In this document: positions 18,926 through 28,253 of the stretch, in pieces
Numbering within the stretch: the stretch's first letter is position 1
Layout of the letters: every line of letters starts with the position of its first letter
NCBI GenBank assembly: GCA_013042315.1
Contig: JABDQM010000132.1
Span: 1 to 47,672 of the forward strand
Reading direction: 5' to 3'
Source of the DNA: Flavobacteriaceae bacterium
Lineage (GTDB): Bacteria > Bacteroidota > Bacteroidia > Flavobacteriales > Flavobacteriaceae
DNA: 47,672 bases
Notes under the pieces: model-generated
Databases searched by the model: none
What the model saw: the letters and a program-made list of their open reading frames with translations, nothing else
What the model was told of the DNA's origin: nothing
Position numbers and translations under genes: made by a program

Positions 18926-19648
18926 ATGATAGTAGAAGTCTGCGCGAATTCACTGGAGTCGGCCCTTAACGCAGAACGAGCAGGAGCCCGGAGAATTGAG
19001 CTTTGTGCAGAACTTTCTGCCGGGGGAATTACACCGTCCTACGGCCTCATCAAATGTGTTAAGGAAGTACTTAATATCCCGGTACATATTCTAATAAGAC
19101 CCAGAAGTGGCGACTTTACTTATTCTGAGGCAGATTTTAAGACTATGCTTGAAGATATTGATGTTTGCCGAGCCCTGCATGTTGATGGAATAGTCTCTGG
19201 GGTTTTAAGTCAGGATGCCGAAGTAGATTGGGAGCGGACTCAAAAACTTATCGAACAAAGCGGAGCATTGTCTTTTACATTTCACCGCGCATTCGATTGG
19301 GTGAACGATCCTTTGCCAACTCACCTCCAATTACAGCAGATGGGTGTGGATACCATACTGTCTTCAGGGCAGGCAAATACGGCTATAGAGGGTATTGGTC
19401 TATTATGCCAACTCAATGAGCAGGCAGAGGGATGTACGATAATGCCCGGAGCTGGCATTACCGATAAGAATGCACACATTTTTAAAAACAGGGAGTTTAA
19501 AGCCATTCACCTGTCTGCCACAAAAATTGTCGCTAATACAACATCGGAACCTACTCTATCTATGTCGTCTTCCAGGACAATTAAAGAGAATGAAGTGCTG
19601 CTCACAGATGTGGAATTATTGAAAAAAGTAGTTCAAACCGTTAATTAA
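18926..19648 (+). CDS. cutC: CutC family (PF03932) TIM-barrel protein
   Basis: EVCANS, RIELC, GGITPSYG, IRPRSGDF, TFHRAFD motifs; ATG at 18926 preferred over TTG at 18887. Confidence 0.95.
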   Translation: MIVEVCANSLESALNAERAGARRIELCAELSAGGITPSYGLIKCVKEVLNIPVHILIRPRSGDFTYSEADFKTMLEDIDVCRALHVDGIVSGVLSQDAEVDWERTQKLIEQSGALSFTFHRAFDWVNDPLPTHLQLQQMGVDTILSSGQANTAIEGIGLLCQLNEQAEGCTIMPGAGITDKNAHIFKNREFKAIHLSATKIVANTTSEPTLSMSSSRTIKENEVLLTDVELLKKVVQTVN

Positions 19649-19683
19649 GTCTAAAACAGGAACTCGGGACTGGGGTAATAAAA

Positions 19684-19691
19684 TATATTTG
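19684..19691 (+). promoter_or_regulatory. -7 promoter element for the metallophosphoesterase gene
   Basis: TATATTTG 12 nt upstream of the ATG. Confidence 0.55.
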
Positions 19692-19703
19692 TAAAAAAGA
19701 GTT

Positions 19704-20933
19704 ATGCTTCGATGGATTGTTTTTTTAGCCATTTATATTTTGATGGGATACTATTCCCTCCAGGCTATAAAAACGGCATCCCGATTTCCATGGGTTTATT
19801 ATTCCTTTATGGCCTTAGGCCTTCTGGTCTTAGGAAATTTTATTTACCAATTTACCTTCGGGGATAATGACGGTAGTGTCCTCAACAGACCTAGAAGCTA
19901 TGCATTTGGCTTTGTGATTGCGATGATGACCTTTGAGATCATTACCATCATTTTTCTGTTTTCCGAAGATATTTTTAGGCTGATCTCAGGTGGTATTCAA
20001 AGGGGATTTGGCTCCTCCACCGAATTTAGCCTGCCTGCGCGCAGAAGATTTTTAAGCATATTGGCTATGGGCATTGCTGCAGTGCCTTTTGGCGCTTTGC
20101 TCTACGGGATGTATCGTGGGAAATACAATTTTCAGGTACTGAGTTACGAGCTCGAATTTGAAGACTTACCCGATGCCTTTCACGATTATCAGATCACTCA
20201 GATTTCTGATCTCCACAGTGGCAGCTTTGACAATCGCAAAAAAATAGAATACGCCGTAAACCTCATTAATCAACAAGAAAGCGATGTAATTCTGTTCACC
20301 GGCGACATGGTTAATAACAGGGCAATTGAGATGGACCCTTGGAAAGATCTTTTTTCGACACTCAACGCTAAAGATGGAAAATTTTCAATTCTCGGGAATC
20401 ACGACTATGGTGATTACGTAGAATGGGAGCCGCGTAGTTTAAAAGAGGAGAATCTCAATATTCTTAAGAATATCCAATCAGAAATGGGTTTTGATCTGTT
20501 GCTCAATGAGCATCGTTACCTTCAGAAAGGGCAAGACAAACTGGCTTTGGTGGGTGTAGAAAACTGGGGTAGGGGAGGTTTTAAAAAAGCAGGAGACCTG
20601 AAAAAAGCCGTAAGTGGAATTAATAAGAATGATTTTAAGATCCTTATGAGTCATGATCCCTCTCATTGGGAAGATGTGGTCATCCACGATGATTATCATT
20701 ATCATTTAACCCTCAGTGGTCATACTCACGGGATGCAGTTTGGAATTGAAATTCCTGGATGGGTCAAATGGAGTCCGGTAAAATGGCGATATAAGTACTG
20801 GGCTGGAATTTATGAAGAGTTAGGGCAGTATATCAACGTCAATCGGGGTTTTGGCTTTTTGGGGTATCCCGGACGAGTAGGGATCTGGCCTGAAATCTCT
20901 GTGATCCGACTCAAAAAGAAAGGCCTTGCATAA
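19704..20933 (+). CDS. Membrane-anchored calcineurin-like metallophosphoesterase (YkuE-like)
   Basis: SDLH, GDMVN, GNHD, SH and GHTHG metal-binding motifs after N-terminal TM helices. Confidence 0.93.
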   Translation: MLRWIVFLAIYILMGYYSLQAIKTASRFPWVYYSFMALGLLVLGNFIYQFTFGDNDGSVLNRPRSYAFGFVIAMMTFEIITIIFLFSEDIFRLISGGIQRGFGSSTEFSLPARRRFLSILAMGIAAVPFGALLYGMYRGKYNFQVLSYELEFEDLPDAFHDYQITQISDLHSGSFDNRKKIEYAVNLINQQESDVILFTGDMVNNRAIEMDPWKDLFSTLNAKDGKFSILGNHDYGDYVEWEPRSLKEENLNILKNIQSEMGFDLLLNEHRYLQKGQDKLALVGVENWGRGGFKKAGDLKKAVSGINKNDFKILMSHDPSHWEDVVIHDDYHYHLTLSGHTHGMQFGIEIPGWVKWSPVKWRYKYWAGIYEELGQYINVNRGFGFLGYPGRVGIWPEISVIRLKKKGLA

Positions 20934-20995
20934 AGAATTCAATAAGAGGATATCTACAAAAGATGTGCTTTTATTAGCTTTTTGACAATTTTTCT

Positions 20996-21003
20996 TACTT
21001 TTG
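20996..21003 (+). promoter_or_regulatory. -7 promoter element for the thioredoxin-like gene
   Basis: TACTTTTG 22 nt upstream of the ATG. Confidence 0.55.
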
Positions 21004-21025
21004 ATTTATAACCCAACTTGAAACT

Positions 21026-21322
21026 ATGTCTAAATTCGGTGAACTGATAGATCTCAATGTTCCGGTACTCCTTGATTTCTATGCTGAATGGAACGAACAA
21101 TCCACTTCAATGCACCCGGTGCTCAGGGATGTCGCAGCCGCTTTGGGCGACAAAGGCAAGGTGATCAAAATTGACGTCGACAAGAACAAAGAGCTTTCCC
21201 AGGCCTTGCGTGTAAAAGGCCTGCCTACCTTAATGATCTACAAGAAGGGCGAAATGGTATGGCGTCAAAGTGGAGAACAGGATGCGAACACCTTAATCGG
21301 TATCCTGAACGAGTACATCTAG
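21026..21322 (+). CDS. Thioredoxin-fold protein lacking the CXXC active site
   Basis: PVLLDFYAEW, KIDVD and cis-Pro motif GLPTL present, but WCGPC is replaced by WNEQS; no Cys in 98 aa. Confidence 0.9.
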   Translation: MSKFGELIDLNVPVLLDFYAEWNEQSTSMHPVLRDVAAALGDKGKVIKIDVDKNKELSQALRVKGLPTLMIYKKGEMVWRQSGEQDANTLIGILNEYI

Positions 21323-21360
21323 ACTTCTTCCAAATTTAAAGAAATCCAAACGGTAAAGAT

Positions 21361-24300
21361 CTAATTCCCGGGATCGGTGACCTCTTCTACCTCAGTGGCA
21401 TCTTCCACAATGGTATCCGATACAGGCATAGTATCTATCAGATCTCCTTCGGGTAGATTTTCTTCAGGCAATTCCTCGAGAATATCCTCCTGGTAGAAAT
21501 GACTGAACTGGTCGATATGGTCATTGAAGATGGCAGTTTCGATTTCGGCCATTTCCCTGTCGTTATTTTCTATCAGGATGTCAATGATCCTTCTATAGCC
21601 TTCCATATCGCCGATAATATCTTCCAGATTATTGTACTGTTCGTCCAGAGGCGTGCCCTGGTAATAGTTGAGCCTACTTTGGTAGATCGATTTTAATTTT
21701 TCGAAGAGTTCCCTTGCTTTCTGTGTTTCACCCACCTTGTAATACCCGTCGAAGAAAGGTTCCACAAAAGTGTAAAAACCGTAGTACTCCACAGGAAGAT
21801 TTTCCATAGTAAGGTCGATGATCTCCTTGGCTTTATCGATCTTGTTTTCATTGATCAGAGCCTCCACCAAACGAGCCAGATTACTCCTGAGGGAAAGTCC
21901 CTGCGTTCGGGTCTGGGTATCGTGGTAAATATCTGAACTGCCCGAATTTCCCCATTCCCAACCTTTTACAATCCTGTACATCTCGTCGGTATCAATCCGC
22001 CCCATTTCATAAGAACTTGGATTTTGTGTTTTGATAGGCACGAGTTTATAGGCCATTCCCTCGAGTTGCAAATAGTCCTTCATCCAGATATACTCGGCTT
22101 TGTCAAAGCTTCCCCCTGAAAAATAGATAGGTCTTTTCCAATCGTTGTTGGCCATAATATCGAGCATCATGATTCGATTCTTAGGCAAGGCCTGTGGCAG
22201 GTCAATATCGATGTAATCGACAATAAGGGCTGAATCTTTTTCCTTCACAAGTCCGGACTCCAAAACGTTCTTTTTATTCACCGGAATCCTGATTTTGTTC
22301 GTTGGGTAGTATACCAGATCCAGAGTACTTTCTGAATAACCACTGAGATCGGCGCCTTGTTTCTCCAGCAGGGAGCCGAGTTTAGTCTGGGGGTTATTAC
22401 TCCCAATCCAGTTCATAAAGTCTTTGATATCCCATCGTTTATCCGTGATGCCCTGATAGTAGATAACATCCCTGTTCCCGTAACGATACAGGTTGTGTGT
22501 AAGCTGGGAAGGAATAGGATCACTTCTGTAAGCTTTCCTCTTCATTTGATCAACATACCAGTCTGTAGCAAAAAGGCTGGTACAGATCACTCTTACATCA
22601 TTTCGGTAACCTTCAATTTCCTGGACATACCACAGCGGGAAGGTGTCGTTATCACCAATAGTAAACAGCATAGCCCCTGCCTCTTCCTGACAGGAATCCA
22701 GATAGGCCTTGGCAGCAGCCCTTGCCGTGTATTTGCCCGAACGGTCATGGTCGTCCCAATTCTGGTACGCCATCACTCCCGGAACGCTAAGCAGACATAT
22801 AAGAGTGATCAGCGGTGCCCAGACTTTGGGTTTGATAAGTTTACTGAATTCCTCGTAAAGGCCGTAAACCCCGACGCCTATCCAAATTGCAAAAATATAA
22901 AATGATCCCACCAGGGAATAATCCCTTTCCCGGGGCTGGAAGATATAGGGGTTGGTATAAAATTGAATGGCAAGTCCCGTAAAAATAAAAAAGACAAATA
23001 GCACCCAGAATTGTTTTGGATCCTTGGAGATTTGAAAAACAAGGCCAATGATCCCGAGGAGCAAGGGGAGGAAAAAATAGGTATTTCTCCCTTTGTTTTC
23101 CAGTACGTCCTTAGGCAGGTTTTCCTGGCTGCCCAGTCTCAGGCTGTCTATAAAACCAATACCGCTCAACCATTCTCCGTTTCCGTTATAACGTCCCTGT
23201 ACATCGTCTTGTTTTCCTACGAAGTTCCACATAAAATAGCGCCAGTACATATATCCGAATTGAAACTGTACCATGTATTTGATATTCATCCAGAGGGAGG
23301 GAGGTTGTACTTCCAGGTATTCCCCAAATTGTCTCAGGAAACTGATGTATTGAGCCTCGTCAATTTCACCATTGGCATAACCTACCTTAACCTGATTGAC
23401 CGCTTTTTGTAATTCCTCATTACTGGTGGTCATCCGAAACTCGAGCGGCCCAAAAAACTTCATGTAATTCTCAGCGTGCTGATCACTCCACAATCTGGGA
23501 AGCAAGCCCTGATGAGCTTCATTTGGACCCTGAATGGCACCCTTGTATTTGTTCACTATAATATACTTTCCTAGGGCTTCATCTTTTTCGTATTTGGGCT
23601 TGTCGTCCCGGTCCTCGCCGGGAGGCGCAAAGGCATCAGAATAATAAGTGCCGTATACAGGACTGTCTACTCCGGGATATTGTTCCCTGTTGTAATACGC
23701 TAACAGTGATCTGGCATCCGAAGGATTGTTTTCATTGATCACCACATTGGCATTGGCCCGGATGGGCAGCATCAGCCAGGAAGAAAATCCTAGTAGAAGA
23801 AACATCCCGCAAAGCACAAGGGTATTCGCTCTTATATAATTGTTTTTTCGCGTATATCTCAAAGCGTAATAAAACACACCTATAAAGATCAGCCCCATGA
23901 TAATGGTGCCCGAATTAAAAGGAAGACCTATACTATTGATAAAGAAAACCTCACTCCAGCCAAATAGCTTTAGCACATAGGTAAGGGAGAATTTATAGAC
24001 GAGCATTAGTACGGCGATGACCGCGATATTTGCCAGTAAAAAATTCTTGACAGTTGTCTTTTTGTATTTCTTGAAATAGTAAAGCAGCCCGATAGATGGG
24101 ATAGCTAAAAAGCCCATAAATTGTATCCCAAAGGTGAGTCCAACAACAAATGAAATCAATACGAGATACTTGTTTCCTCTGGGATGGTCCAGGTTATCGG
24201 TCCATTTCAGGCCTAGCCAAAGGAGGAGCGACATGATAAAACTAGCCATGGCGTAGACTTCCGTTTCTACAGCATTGAACCAAAAACTATCAGAAAACGT

Positions 24301-24696
24301 AAGTGCCATAGAACCTACCAGACCGCTGCCCAAAACAGCGATTGCTTTGGCGTCAGTTAATGCTTCTGAGCCTGAAATCAATTTTCTTGTGAGATTGGTG
24401 ATGGTCCAGAACATAAAAAGAATGGTGAATGCACTTGAAAAAGCAGACATATAGTTTACCATTCTCGCCACCTGATCGGCCTCCAGGGCAAACATGGCAA
24501 AGAAAGCACCAATAATTTGAAATAGGGGAGCACCGGGGGGGTGGGCAACCTGCAATTTTGCTGAAGTTGTAATATATTCTCCGGCATCCCACCAACTACC
24601 TGTAGGTTCAACCGTAAGGCCGTAAACAATAAGGGCTATAAAAAAGACTCCCCATCCCGTTAGAGAGTCCCATTTACTAAAATTCTTCGATATCAT
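21361..24696 (-). CDS. DUF2723 / TMEM260-like integral membrane glycosyltransferase (GT-C fold)
   Basis: PTGSWWDAGEY, HPPGAP, FWFNAVETEVYA, PRERDY, GDNDTFPLWY motifs; many TM helices followed by a large soluble C-terminal domain. Confidence 0.87.
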   Translation of the reverse strand: MISKNFSKWDSLTGWGVFFIALIVYGLTVEPTGSWWDAGEYITTSAKLQVAHPPGAPLFQIIGAFFAMFALEADQVARMVNYMSAFSSAFTILFMFWTITNLTRKLISGSEALTDAKAIAVLGSGLVGSMALTFSDSFWFNAVETEVYAMASFIMSLLLWLGLKWTDNLDHPRGNKYLVLISFVVGLTFGIQFMGFLAIPSIGLLYYFKKYKKTTVKNFLLANIAVIAVLMLVYKFSLTYVLKLFGWSEVFFINSIGLPFNSGTIIMGLIFIGVFYYALRYTRKNNYIRANTLVLCGMFLLLGFSSWLMLPIRANANVVINENNPSDARSLLAYYNREQYPGVDSPVYGTYYSDAFAPPGEDRDDKPKYEKDEALGKYIIVNKYKGAIQGPNEAHQGLLPRLWSDQHAENYMKFFGPLEFRMTTSNEELQKAVNQVKVGYANGEIDEAQYISFLRQFGEYLEVQPPSLWMNIKYMVQFQFGYMYWRYFMWNFVGKQDDVQGRYNGNGEWLSGIGFIDSLRLGSQENLPKDVLENKGRNTYFFLPLLLGIIGLVFQISKDPKQFWVLFVFFIFTGLAIQFYTNPYIFQPRERDYSLVGSFYIFAIWIGVGVYGLYEEFSKLIKPKVWAPLITLICLLSVPGVMAYQNWDDHDRSGKYTARAAAKAYLDSCQEEAGAMLFTIGDNDTFPLWYVQEIEGYRNDVRVICTSLFATDWYVDQMKRKAYRSDPIPSQLTHNLYRYGNRDVIYYQGITDKRWDIKDFMNWIGSNNPQTKLGSLLEKQGADLSGYSESTLDLVYYPTNKIRIPVNKKNVLESGLVKEKDSALIVDYIDIDLPQALPKNRIMMLDIMANNDWKRPIYFSGGSFDKAEYIWMKDYLQLEGMAYKLVPIKTQNPSSYEMGRIDTDEMYRIVKGWEWGNSGSSDIYHDTQTRTQGLSLRSNLARLVEALINENKIDKAKEIIDLTMENLPVEYYGFYTFVEPFFDGYYKVGETQKARELFEKLKSIYQSRLNYYQGTPLDEQYNNLEDIIGDMEGYRRIIDILIENNDREMAEIETAIFNDHIDQFSHFYQEDILEELPEENLPEGDLIDTMPVSDTIVEDATEVEEVTDPGN

Positions 24697-24816
24697 TAGG
24701 TCTTACTTTTACCAACAGGAGCGAAATTACTAATTAAAAAATTTATTGGGATTAATATTTGTTAAACCTTTAACGTGGAGCACTTGTCACTAACAGGAGG
24801 ATTGTATTTAAAAATA

Positions 24817-24847
24817 TTTGTGCAAACGAAACTTTGTCTTAAATTTG
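24817..24847 (+). promoter_or_regulatory. Canonical sigmaA promoter for tRNA-Gln
   Basis: TTTG(24817-24820)-N19-TAAATTTG(24840-24847). Confidence 0.82.
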
Positions 24848-24865
24848 CACGCTCTTAAGCATCAT

Positions 24866-24937
24866 TGGCCTATGGTGTAATTGGCAACACAGCTGGTTTT
24901 GGTCCAGTCGTTCTAGGTTCGAGTCCTAGTAGGCCAA
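24866..24937 (+). tRNA. tRNA-Gln (anticodon TTG); CCA not encoded
   Basis: Acceptor stem TGGCCTA/TAGGCCA, D-arm GTGT/ACAC with TGG, anticodon arm GCTGG-TTTTGGT-CCAGT, T-arm CTAGG-TTCGAGT-CCTAG. Confidence 0.97.
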
Positions 24938-24950
24938 CAGCAGAGCTCAA

Positions 24951-24978
24951 AGACCCATCGTGAAAGCGATGGGTTTTT
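24951..24978. terminator. Terminator hairpin between tRNA-Gln and the convergent antiporter gene
   Basis: Stem AGACCCATCG/CGATGGGTTT with TGAAAG loop and T-tract, abutting the antiporter stop codon. Confidence 0.82.
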
Positions 24979-26296
24979 ACGTTTCAGGATCTTCTTCAAT
25001 GGGGTCAAGGCTATCTGCCTCAGGGGTAGTATCTGATCCTTCCAGGATAACTGTAGTCGGTTCCTCGTCTAGAATTTTCTTTTCGTCATCAGCCAGGTCC
25101 ATCAGGGTCTTCGTTTTCTTTTTATCCTTTATCATTGCCCAGGTCATGATCAGGCTGGTACCAATAATAACAAAGAGAAGGATGCCGGGTTCAAAGGTGG
25201 CAATTTGTGCTTCCACCGGGATCGCGTAAAAAAGAAGGACCGTAATTAAACCCCTTGGAGCGATAAAAAGTTGAGGTAAAATATCGCTGCCGTAAAATGT
25301 CCGAAGAATAACGAAGCGCACAACATATATAGATATGATGATCAGTAAGCTAATCAGCGCAACGGTAAAACTAAAAAGGGAGGCAATGGCTATAGTGAGA
25401 CCAAAAATGACAAAGAAAAATGTCCTCACCACAAATGCCGTTTCCAGAGTTACAATATGCAACTCGTGATAAATGCGATGCGCCTTTTCATGATCCAGGA
25501 AAGTGGCGAATTTCCCCCGGAAGAACAATTTCATATTTGCAATGACCAGACCAAAGATCAAAATGATCAAGAGGGAGGACAAGTGCAATTGTTTACCTAT
25601 GGCGTATAATAGGAGTAAAACCGCGATCAGCAGAAATAGTTTGGCCTGACTCTTAATGGTCTGGAACACCAGGATGATGGCGTAACTGGCTATGATCGAA
25701 ATAACAATAGTTAAAACTATATTCAGGGCAAAGCCAACTGCACCGCCTTGTGAGGCCGGATTCATCTCACCCACCAGAAAATAGAACATCATAATCCCCA
25801 TGATATCAGAAAAGGTACTCTCGTAAATGTGAAATTCCTTTTTGGACGGTACCAGTCCGCTTACGCTGGGAATGATGATGGCGCTTGATAGAATCGACAA
25901 AGGCGTTGCGTAAAGCCAGGCCGACTGCATGCTCATATCCGGGACAAACTGATGCAGTATAAGAGCTGCGAGGTATGCAGACCCCAGCAGTCCGATAAGC
26001 GCAACAGCCATCGATTTGAGAATGGGAACCAGTTTTTCCTTTTTAAGTTCTAGTTCAAGGGCTGCCTCCAGGACAATCATTATTAGTCCGATTATTCCCA
26101 GGACCTCAAGGGCAGGAAAAAAATCGACCTCGTCTGATGTAAAATAGGAGAGGACAAATTGCAAGATCACCCCGAGGAAAATCAGTAAGAGGACGGAAGG
26201 AATATTTGTCCTTTTTGAAATTCCATTGAAAATAAACGAGAGGATCAGGATAACAGATGCCTCGATTATAATATTGTAAGAAGAGAAAACATCCAT
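24977..26296 (-). CDS. Cation:proton antiporter (CPA / Na+/H+ exchanger family)
   Basis: About 12 TM helices; IPSVLLLI, SSAIIIP, YESTFSDI, FFFVIFG, APRGLIT motifs; ATG at 26296 preferred. Confidence 0.88.
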   Translation of the reverse strand: MDVFSSYNIIIEASVILILSFIFNGISKRTNIPSVLLLIFLGVILQFVLSYFTSDEVDFFPALEVLGIIGLIMIVLEAALELELKKEKLVPILKSMAVALIGLLGSAYLAALILHQFVPDMSMQSAWLYATPLSILSSAIIIPSVSGLVPSKKEFHIYESTFSDIMGIMMFYFLVGEMNPASQGGAVGFALNIVLTIVISIIASYAIILVFQTIKSQAKLFLLIAVLLLLYAIGKQLHLSSLLIILIFGLVIANMKLFFRGKFATFLDHEKAHRIYHELHIVTLETAFVVRTFFFVIFGLTIAIASLFSFTVALISLLIIISIYVVRFVILRTFYGSDILPQLFIAPRGLITVLLFYAIPVEAQIATFEPGILLFVIIGTSLIMTWAMIKDKKKTKTLMDLADDEKKILDEEPTTVILEGSDTTPEADSLDPIEEDPET

Positions 26297-26428
26297 GCCC
26301 GGAAGTTGATTAGGGAGTTTATATGTAAAATAAAAGTACAACTTAATCTAGAATACAAGGGCACTGCACACTTTTTTTATAATTCCTCCTGACTGCTTTT
26401 TGAGATAGAAAGATTAATAAAAAATATG

Positions 26429-26436
26429 TATATTTG
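26429..26436 (+). promoter_or_regulatory. -7 promoter element for rimP-nusA-infB
   Basis: TATATTTG followed by CA, upstream of the leader hairpin. Confidence 0.7.
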
Positions 26437-26465
26437 CACGACCAAAAGGATAGTAAAGTATTCAT

Positions 26466-26494
26466 GAGGGGACAATTTAGTCCCCTCTTTTGTT
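26466..26494 (+). promoter_or_regulatory. rimP leader terminator-like hairpin (attenuator)
   Basis: GAGGGGAC-AATTTA-GTCCCCTC followed by TTTTGTT, between promoter and rimP start. Confidence 0.75.
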
Positions 26495-26504
26495 ACTTAT
26501 ATTT

Positions 26505-26966
26505 ATGTTGAAGGAACAGGCAGAGGCTTTATTGGACGGGGTTTTAAAGGAGCATCCGGAACTATTTCTTATCGATTTTACCGTGAGTTCGGCCAATCAG
26601 ATCAAGGTAGTAATTGATGGAGATAAGGGTGTGAACCTGGAAGATTGCATGACAGTGAGCAGGGCCATAGAGCATAACCTGGATAGGGAAGCCATTGATT
26701 TTTCACTGGAAGTGACTTCTCCCGGGGCCACCGAACCACTGACAATGCCCCGACAGTTTGGAAAAAATATTGGAAGAATACTAGAGGTGAAAACCTCTGA
26801 CACTACCGTAAAAGGAACTTTGGTTTCTACAGCAGAGGAAGGAATAACACTGGAATGGAAAGCGAGGGAACCCAAACCTATCGGGAAGGGTAAAACCACA
26901 GTTTTAAAAAGCAAGGTAGTCCCCTTTTCAGAAATACTAAAAGCGAACGTAGTACTTAAATTTTAA
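26505..26966 (+). CDS. rimP: Ribosome maturation factor RimP
   Basis: DCMTVSRAIE, FSLEVTSPG and RQFGKNIGR motifs; directly upstream of nusA. Confidence 0.95.
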   Translation: MLKEQAEALLDGVLKEHPELFLIDFTVSSANQIKVVIDGDKGVNLEDCMTVSRAIEHNLDREAIDFSLEVTSPGATEPLTMPRQFGKNIGRILEVKTSDTTVKGTLVSTAEEGITLEWKAREPKPIGKGKTTVLKSKVVPFSEILKANVVLKF

Positions 26967-26978
26967 TTTTAGATCAGA

Positions 26979-28211
26979 ATGGAAAATATTGCATTGATCG
27001 AATCATTCTCGGAATTCAAAGATGATAAATTCATCGACCGGGTAACCCTGATGGCAATTTTAGAAGATGTATTCAGAAATGCCCTCAAGAAAAAATTTGG
27101 ATCGGATGATAACTTTGATATCATCATCAATCCTGATAAAGGGGATTTGGAGATTTGGAGAAACCGTGTCGTGGTTGTAGATGGAGAGGTAGAAGAGCCA
27201 AATGAACAAATATCACTTTCAGAAGCCAGGAAAATTGAACCTGATTTTGAAGTTGGGGAAGACGTTTCAGAAGAAGTGAAACTGATCGATCTTGGGAGGA
27301 GAGCTATTCTCGCGCTCAGACAAAATCTGATCTCTAAAATCCACGAGCACGACAACACAACCATATACAAGCAATTCAAAGATCTCGAAGGTGAGATTTA
27401 TACGGCTGAGGTTCATCATATCAGACATAAGGCCATCATTCTGCTCGATGACGAAGGCAACGAAATAATCCTTCCTAAAGACAAGCAAATTCCTTCTGAC
27501 TTTTTCAGGAAAGGGGACAATGTGAGGGGGATCATTGAAAGTGTGGAGTTAAAAGGGAACAAGCCTATGATTATTATGTCCCGGACATCTCCCATCTTTT
27601 TGGAGCAATTGTTTTTCCAGGAAATTCCTGAAGTATTTGACGGCCTTATCACGATTAAGAAAGCGGTCCGGATTCCCGGAGAAAAGGCGAAAGTGGCTGT
27701 TGATTCCTACGATGACCGAATTGATCCGGTTGGAGCGTGTGTAGGAATGAAAGGATCTCGTATTCACGGGATCGTAAGAGAGCTGGGCAATGAGAACATC
27801 GATGTGATCAACTGGACGAATAATCCTCAACTTATGGTTACCCGATCCTTGAGTCCTGCAAGAGTGTCAACGGTAAAATTAAATGACGAAAACATGACCG
27901 CCCAGGTCTACCTGAAGCCAGAAGAGGTTTCCAAAGCGATAGGTAGGGGAGGACACAACATACGTTTGGCGGGGCAGTTGACCGGATACGAGATTGATGT
28001 CTTCAGAGAAGGCGTTGAAGAAGACGTGGAGCTCACGGAATTCTCAGACGAAATTGAAGGCTGGGTTATTGAAGAATTAAAGAAAATTGGCCTGGATACA
28101 GCTAGAAGTGTTTTGGAACAGGATGTAGAAGATCTTGTAAAAAGGACCGATCTCGAGGAAGAAACCATACTTGATGTGGTGCGTATCCTAAAGGCCGAGT
28201 TTGAAGATTAA
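26979..28211 (+). CDS. nusA: Transcription termination factor NusA
   Basis: S1 and KH domains: EIPEV, IDPVGACVGMKGSRI, AIGRGGHNIRLA. Confidence 0.99.
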   Translation: MENIALIESFSEFKDDKFIDRVTLMAILEDVFRNALKKKFGSDDNFDIIINPDKGDLEIWRNRVVVVDGEVEEPNEQISLSEARKIEPDFEVGEDVSEEVKLIDLGRRAILALRQNLISKIHEHDNTTIYKQFKDLEGEIYTAEVHHIRHKAIILLDDEGNEIILPKDKQIPSDFFRKGDNVRGIIESVELKGNKPMIIMSRTSPIFLEQLFFQEIPEVFDGLITIKKAVRIPGEKAKVAVDSYDDRIDPVGACVGMKGSRIHGIVRELGNENIDVINWTNNPQLMVTRSLSPARVSTVKLNDENMTAQVYLKPEEVSKAIGRGGHNIRLAGQLTGYEIDVFREGVEEDVELTEFSDEIEGWVIEELKKIGLDTARSVLEQDVEDLVKRTDLEEETILDVVRILKAEFED

Positions 28212-28253
28212 GCTATATATTAGCGAAAAAAAATAAGAGAGTAAACAGTATTT

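Noticed and set aside
21089-21103. Selenocysteine or recoding as the reason for the missing thioredoxin cysteines
   Set aside because: The codons read TGG AAC GAA CAA TCC, with no in-frame TGA or frameshift.
24866-24980. tRNA-Gln as an integration site for a genomic island or prophage
   Set aside because: No integrase or phage genes, and I saw no duplicated tRNA 3' end; the tRNA is followed directly by a terminator and an ordinary antiporter gene.
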